Shown piece after piece: positions 59,281 through 64,000 of a DNA stretch of 64,000 nucleotides. This DNA is from Elusimicrobiota bacterium (GTDB lineage Bacteria > Elusimicrobiota > Elusimicrobia > UBA1565), in NCBI GenBank assembly GCA_043819795.1, contig JBDREN010000120.1, positions 25,681 through 89,680 on the forward strand, in the 5' to 3' direction. A program made the translations under genes and the position numbers. A model generated the notes under the pieces. That model was not told where the DNA came from. It made no database searches and was given only the letters and a program-made list of their open reading frames with translations. How positions within the stretch are numbered: the stretch's first letter is position 1; every line of letters begins with the position of its first letter.

Positions 59281-59595
59281 CTAGTGTAGTGTCCCGTAAA
59301 TAACTGGCCATTTGGCTGGCCGATTTTGGCTTCTGGCTAGGCGTGAGGAACGAGCATACCTGTAGGTATGTGAGTGACGAACAACGACGCCAGAAGCCAA
59401 AAGCGACCAGCCCTCCCTTAAAAGGATTTCGCAATTTTATTGCGAAATCCTAAGTCGGGAAGGGAGGCCCGATCCTGGACGATTTCTGCGTTGCTCCTCG
59501 CTTGCATAGCTACAGCTATGCGCGCTCGTCGCGCCTTGAAATCATCTCAGGCTCGGACCTCCAAATGGCCAGTTATTTACGGGACACTACACTAG
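59281..59595. mobile_element. MITE-like element, family C, 315 bp with perfect 35-bp terminal inverted repeats
   Basis: CTAGTGTAGTGTCCCGTAAATAACTGGCCATTTGG ... CCAAATGGCCAGTTATTTACGGGACACTACACTAG; several internal hairpins; no credible ORF. Confidence 0.85.
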
Positions 59596-59810
59596 CAGCC
59601 CGCGCATGTGGAGACAAGACAAGACGGAGACGGAAGACTATGTTAGGCTATGATTACTTGGCTTTTGGAACTCTTGCCTTAAACGCTTACCTCGCGAAAA
59701 GTCCGACAAATCATAAAGTCACAGCCTGACACCTGGCTCAGGCATATTAAGAGAAGCGGTAGCACGCGAAAGAATGACGTCCTTCCCGGGTTACCAGCCG
59801 ACTTGACGGA

Positions 59811-60596
59811 TCACTCGATCCAGGAATCGACGATATAATCCAGCTTCGGGAAGCCCTGCCTGAGATAGGCGTTTCCATTCATCTGGAACGGCCCTTGCTC
59901 GGGGCCGCGTCCTCCACTCGAGGCGGATTCCCCGTAGCCGCTGTAAAGGCTGTCCACGACCTCCATGCCGCTGACGACCTTGCCAAAAGGCGGGAAGCCC
60001 ATCGAATCGAGCCTCGAGTTGTCGGCGAAGTTGATGAAGACCTGCGTGGTGCGGGTGTTGGGCCCGGCCATGGCGAACGTGACATAGCCGCGCAGATTGG
60101 ACGCTTTCCCTACGGGATCGTCCGGGATCCCGGCGGGACGCCACTTCGCCATGATCTCGGGCGATCCGTGGATGCCGAACTGGGCCATGAACCCGCCGAT
60201 GATGCGGAAGAAGGCGATATCCTTGAAGAACCCGAGCCGGACCAGGTTGTAGAAGCGGTCGGCTCCCCGCGGAGCCCAGGATCGGCGGACCTCGACCACA
60301 AAGTCGCCCTTGGTGGTCTTGAAGTGAGCCTTGAACACCTCGGGGGCCGTAGCGGTGGCGTACTCCGGGAGAGGCTTGCCGGCCGCCTCCCTCCTCGCCG
60401 GGACCGCGGGCTCCTCGCTCCTGATGGGGGCCGCGGGCTTCTCCACCCGAGAGGGCGGGGCCTCGGCGGGAGGGGCCTGAACGGCCGGTTCTTCCTTTCC
60501 GTTCTGCATGCAGCCCGTCTGGCCGAGGACAGCCAGGAAAAGGGCCGCGGCCGCGACGGCCGGCACGGCGTACGAGATCGCTTGATGTCTCTTCAT
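59811..60596 (-). CDS. Cyclophilin-type peptidyl-prolyl isomerase with N-terminal signal/lipoprotein-like segment
   Basis: TTKG.F..E....WAP.G..RF..LV, FFR...FMAQFG, GY.TFAMAGPNTRTTQ.FIN, PFG.V..GM.VVD. Confidence 0.92.
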   Translation of the reverse strand: MKRHQAISYAVPAVAAAALFLAVLGQTGCMQNGKEEPAVQAPPAEAPPSRVEKPAAPIRSEEPAVPARREAAGKPLPEYATATAPEVFKAHFKTTKGDFVVEVRRSWAPRGADRFYNLVRLGFFKDIAFFRIIGGFMAQFGIHGSPEIMAKWRPAGIPDDPVGKASNLRGYVTFAMAGPNTRTTQVFINFADNSRLDSMGFPPFGKVVSGMEVVDSLYSGYGESASSGGRGPEQGPFQMNGNAYLRQGFPKLDYIVDSWIE

Positions 60597-60810
60597 AAAG
60601 GGAAGTTTAGCCGAATCGGCCGCCTTCCGCCAGGGCTTGCTACAGGGCTTGCTACAGGGCCGCGCCCCGATATCGCGCGGCCTTGGTCGAAAGGGAGACT
60701 CCTTGAGCGCCCCGGCCCACCCACGGATCGACGTCTGCTCGCCGAAGATGAAATGCTATCATCACTGGGCAGCGACACCGTTGATCCCACGGTCCTATTG
60801 CGGAGGCCCC

Positions 60811-62475
60811 ATGAAGCTCCCCACCTGTCTGGCGGCGGCTCTATTGACTCTGACGCTCTTCCCCGACGCTTCGGCGCTAGAGAACAAAGACATCGACGCG
60901 AGCATCGCGGAGCTGCGACAGACCGCGGAGACGCTCCTGGCGGGCGAAGCCGGACTTATGGTACGCACCGCCGCGAAGGGGGACCCGCAAGAGGATGACT
61001 GGTCCGAGCCCCGGGCCTTGTCCCGGGAGCGGTCCTTGGAGTTCGTGTATCACCAGCTGGCCGGCCTCGAGTATCAGAAGGCCCTCGACACCGGACGACT
61101 GCCCGACGGCGAGCATCAGAAGGCCTTGACCTCTCTGGAGGACGCCATTCGAAGCGAGAAGACCCTTTTTGATGACGCCGAGGCGGTGTCCATAGACCCC
61201 GCGCAGCTCGAGAGCGCGAGTTGGTGGGGCTTGGCCTCGGCCTACGCCGACCGGCTCCAAATGCGCCGTTACGAGTTCCGCACCCCGACCGTCTCGCCGG
61301 CCGTCCGGGGCGGAAGGAAGCTCGACAAGAGCCTCGACGAGAATATCTCGAAGCTGGACGACCGGGCGGTGTCCGTCTCCCGCGATATCGATTCCGCCGC
61401 CGATCCCGAGGAGAAGGCCCGCTTGCTCTTGGAGAGCGCCAGGATATACGAGCGGATGGCCTCAGCGGCCGCGTCCGCGGCGAAGCCGGCCGCCAAGGCC
61501 GAAGGTTCGCCCACGAGCAAGGAGCCGGAGAGGGAGGTCGCCGCGCTGGAGCTTGAGGACCCCGCGCCCCCCATCGTGGAGCTGACCCCGCGCGAGATCT
61601 ACCAGCGCGCGGGACCCGCCGTGGTGTTGATCATCTGCCGCGGCGCGGGCCGCGATGGAGAATTGGGGACCGGGAGCGTCATAGACGAGCGGGGACATGT
61701 CCTGACCAATGCCCACGTGGTGATCTCAGACTCCACCGGGAGACCGTTCAAGGACATCCGAGTGTACTTCAAGCCGGCCAAGCTCACGGGCGACCCGAAG
61801 AAGGACCTCTCCGATCCGGTGACCGCGCGGGTCGTCAAGAGCGACCGGGATCTGGACCTCGCCCTGCTCGAGCTATCCAAGATCCCCTCTCTCAAGGCCG
61901 CCCTCCCCATAGACGACGCGGACGACGTCCAGCCGGGAGACCCGGTGGTGGCCATCGGACACCCGGAGCAGGGAGGCCTGTGGACGCTCACGTCGGGAGT
62001 GGTGAGCACCGTGGTCGCGGACCATGGGGGAGTGCCCGGCAAGCATGTGTTCCAGACCGACGCATCCATCAACCGGGGCAACTCCGGCGGCCCGCTGATC
62101 AACCTAAGGGGGAGCATGATCGGCGTGAACACCTCCATGGCGCGCAGGGCCGCCGACGGCATCGCCATCACCGCGGTCAATTTCTCCTTGAAGTCCAGCG
62201 TCGTCAAGACGTGGCTTTCCGACGCGCGCGTCGACATCCCTGAAGCCCCGGCCGAGACTCCCCCCCAACCCGCGGCGAAGCCCATGCCGATGCCCGCGCC
62301 CGGGTCGAGGCCCGCGGCGAGGCCCGCGTCCCCGGCGGAAAGCGAGCCCCGCATGCTCACTCCGGCCAGGCCCTACAAACGCGACATGCTGATCGAGGGG
62401 ATGACGGAGATGGAGGACATGATGGAGGATATGCGCCGGATGCTCGACAGACGCCGCCGGCGCCCCCGGCGCTGA
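60811..62475 (+). CDS. Exported trypsin-like (S1C/HtrA-type, no PDZ) serine protease with helical N-terminal domain
   Basis: RBS GGAGG; GTGSVI, LTNAHVV, DLALL, QTDASINRGNSGGPL. Confidence 0.9.
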   Translation: MKLPTCLAAALLTLTLFPDASALENKDIDASIAELRQTAETLLAGEAGLMVRTAAKGDPQEDDWSEPRALSRERSLEFVYHQLAGLEYQKALDTGRLPDGEHQKALTSLEDAIRSEKTLFDDAEAVSIDPAQLESASWWGLASAYADRLQMRRYEFRTPTVSPAVRGGRKLDKSLDENISKLDDRAVSVSRDIDSAADPEEKARLLLESARIYERMASAAASAAKPAAKAEGSPTSKEPEREVAALELEDPAPPIVELTPREIYQRAGPAVVLIICRGAGRDGELGTGSVIDERGHVLTNAHVVISDSTGRPFKDIRVYFKPAKLTGDPKKDLSDPVTARVVKSDRDLDLALLELSKIPSLKAALPIDDADDVQPGDPVVAIGHPEQGGLWTLTSGVVSTVVADHGGVPGKHVFQTDASINRGNSGGPLINLRGSMIGVNTSMARRAADGIAITAVNFSLKSSVVKTWLSDARVDIPEAPAETPPQPAAKPMPMPAPGSRPAARPASPAESEPRMLTPARPYKRDMLIEGMTEMEDMMEDMRRMLDRRRRRPRR

Positions 62476-62517
62476 AGCCCCTGCTGCTTCTACTCCTTAA
62501 TCCTGCCGACGAAGCCT

Positions 62518-62845
62518 TTAAAGACCCGCGATCGAATTCGCGGCGAACTCGATCAGCTGCCGCGCTTCTTCCTCGGTCAACTTCTTCTTGCCCGCCTGAG
62601 CCTCCACCTGATTGATGAACGCCTTCAGGATGTTCTGCGCGGCCTTGCGGCTGCCCCTTTCCGCCGCGTCCGCGGCGTTCCCGGCCTTCCCGGTCAGCGA
62701 GGATTCCACCCCGGCGGGCAAGTCCAGGGACTCGATCGTCTCCGCCAGGTCCTCCACGGAGTCCGCGCACCCGTTCTGGTCCGCGTCGCGGCTGGAGGCG
62801 TCCTCGTCCGGGCAGTTGTCGGAGGCGTTCGGGACCCCGTCGCGG
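62518..62845 (-). pseudogene. Gene remnant: one TSP3-like repeat plus a FIMAH-like C-terminal domain
   Basis: DGVPNASDNCP...D.NGC and LDLP...L.AFINQV.AQ.GKK.LT resemble the C-terminus of 10645-11901. No signal peptide or credible start. Confidence 0.6.
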
Positions 62846-62902
62846 CCGGTGCGGAGCTGCGCGCGGATCAGGCCGGCGAGCTCCCGGGCGATGATATCAG
62901 CG

Positions 62903-63041
62903 TCAGGTGTCAACTTGTCAACTAACTCCCGGGAGAGGCCCGGTTAGTTAACAAGTTAACATCTGATAATCATCTAGAGGTCCCCTCCCGCAGGTTGTAT
63001 TGTTTCGTTGCGAGACGAACATTCCAACCCGAGGAGGGGAC
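62903..63041 (+). other. Structured non-coding region upstream of the IS110 recombinase (two hairpins)
   Basis: 24-bp-arm imperfect inverted repeat 62903-62966; hairpin GTCCCCTCC...GGAGGGGAC (62980-63041) covering the RBS. Confidence 0.6.
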
Positions 63042-63043
63042 AG

Positions 63044-64000
63044 ATGAAATTATACGCAGGAATCGACCTGCATTCCAACAACAACGTGCTGGTGATCTTG
63101 GATGAACGCGATCGGATCGCATACGAGCGTCGTCTGCGAAACGATCTTCCGTTCGTCTTGGCGCAGTTGGCGCCGTATCGGGAGAACCTGGAGGCCATCG
63201 CCGTTGAGTCGACGTTCAACTGGTACTGGCTGGTTGATGGGCTCATGGAGGCGGGCTATACCGTGAAGCTGGTGAACACGGCGGCAGTGAAGACCTACGA
63301 CGGGCTTAAGTACACGGCGGATGAGCATGATGCCCGTCATTTGGCTCACCTGCTGCGGCTGGGGGTTCTGCCGACGGGGCACATCTATCCGAAAGAAGAG
63401 CGCGCCGTGCGCGACCTATTGCGCAAGCGTGCCCAACTAGTGCGGTGTCGCACCGCGCAGATCTTGAGCATCCAGAACTTGGTCAGCCGCAATAGCGGGA
63501 AGAAGATCTCGGTGGCAGATATTCGCCGGCTCGACGAAGAGGTGATCGACCGGATGAATGGTGGTGATGGCACCCGGGCGTTGGCGATACAAAGCAACCT
63601 GGCGGTATTGCGCTGTCTGGATGAGCAGATCCGAGGACTCGAGCGCGTGGTGCTGGCGCAGGCAAGGCTTAAGCCGGCCTTCAAGAAGCTCTTGACCGTC
63701 GCTGGCATTGGGAACATCCTCGGCATGACCATTATGTGCGAGGCTGGAACCATGGATCGCTTTGCAAAGGTTGGGCAGTTCGCATCCTATGCGCGTTGCG
63801 TGGGCAGCTCACGCTGGAGTAATGGCAAGAAGAAGGGTGAGGGCAACCGGAAGAACGGGAACAAATACTTGGCCTGGGCGTTTTTCGAAGCGGCGCATTT
63901 TGCCGTGCGCTACAACGAACGCAGCCGGCGATTTTATCAGCGGAAGAAGGCCAAGACCAACGGGATCGTTGCCATCAAGGCGGTCGCCCACAAGCTGGCT
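63044..64000 (+). mobile_element. IS110-family (DEDD) transposase/recombinase, cut off by the window end
   Basis: Not in the ORF track because it has no stop. Manual translation gives MKLYAGIDLHSNN...AVESTFNWYW...KYTADEHDA...LL.VAGIG...ASYARCV...SNGKKK...KNGNKYLAWAFFEAA. Confidence 0.92.

Noticed and set aside
59641..59731. Possible integron attC site (GTTAGGC...GCCTGAC)
   Set aside because: Core sites are in the wrong order for attC (RYYYAAC should come first) and there is no integrase or cassette array. It is at most a short degenerate inverted-repeat remnant.

Overview
A 64-kb, GC-rich bacterial chromosomal segment, probably Elusimicrobiota. That assignment is an inference from the 'YVFPNP...IYNVAG...SGVYLY...GKFAVIR' C-terminal domain and the long Ala/Pro-rich N-terminal extensions. 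Housekeeping genes include hemB, hemL, acnA, RNase HI, rnpB, a cold-shock protein, a cyclophilin, a NUDIX hydrolase and an M16 peptidase. The window also holds several large exported PKD/LamG/thrombospondin-type-3 proteins, three GT-C-like membrane proteins, several MITE-like or palindromic repeats, and an IS110-family recombinase cut off by the window end. The main finding is a ~10.7-kb minus-strand operon (41599-52307) that looks like an unusual His-Xaa-Ser RiPP system. In order it encodes: an HxsD-like protein; an HxsB-like radical SAM/SPASM protein whose three CxxxCxxC cysteines are all replaced in frame (R-x3-S-x2-Q); a Cys-rich exported protein; two B12-binding radical SAM enzymes (one split by a 1-nt frameshift); a precursor with a Flp-prepilin-like leader and (His-Gly-Ser)11; an A24 prepilin-type peptidase; and a borosin-like methyltransferase with TPRs. 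No HxsC is present in the window, and an ABC exporter with a degenerate ATPase site converges on the operon. All family calls come from motif recognition by eye; no database searches were run.
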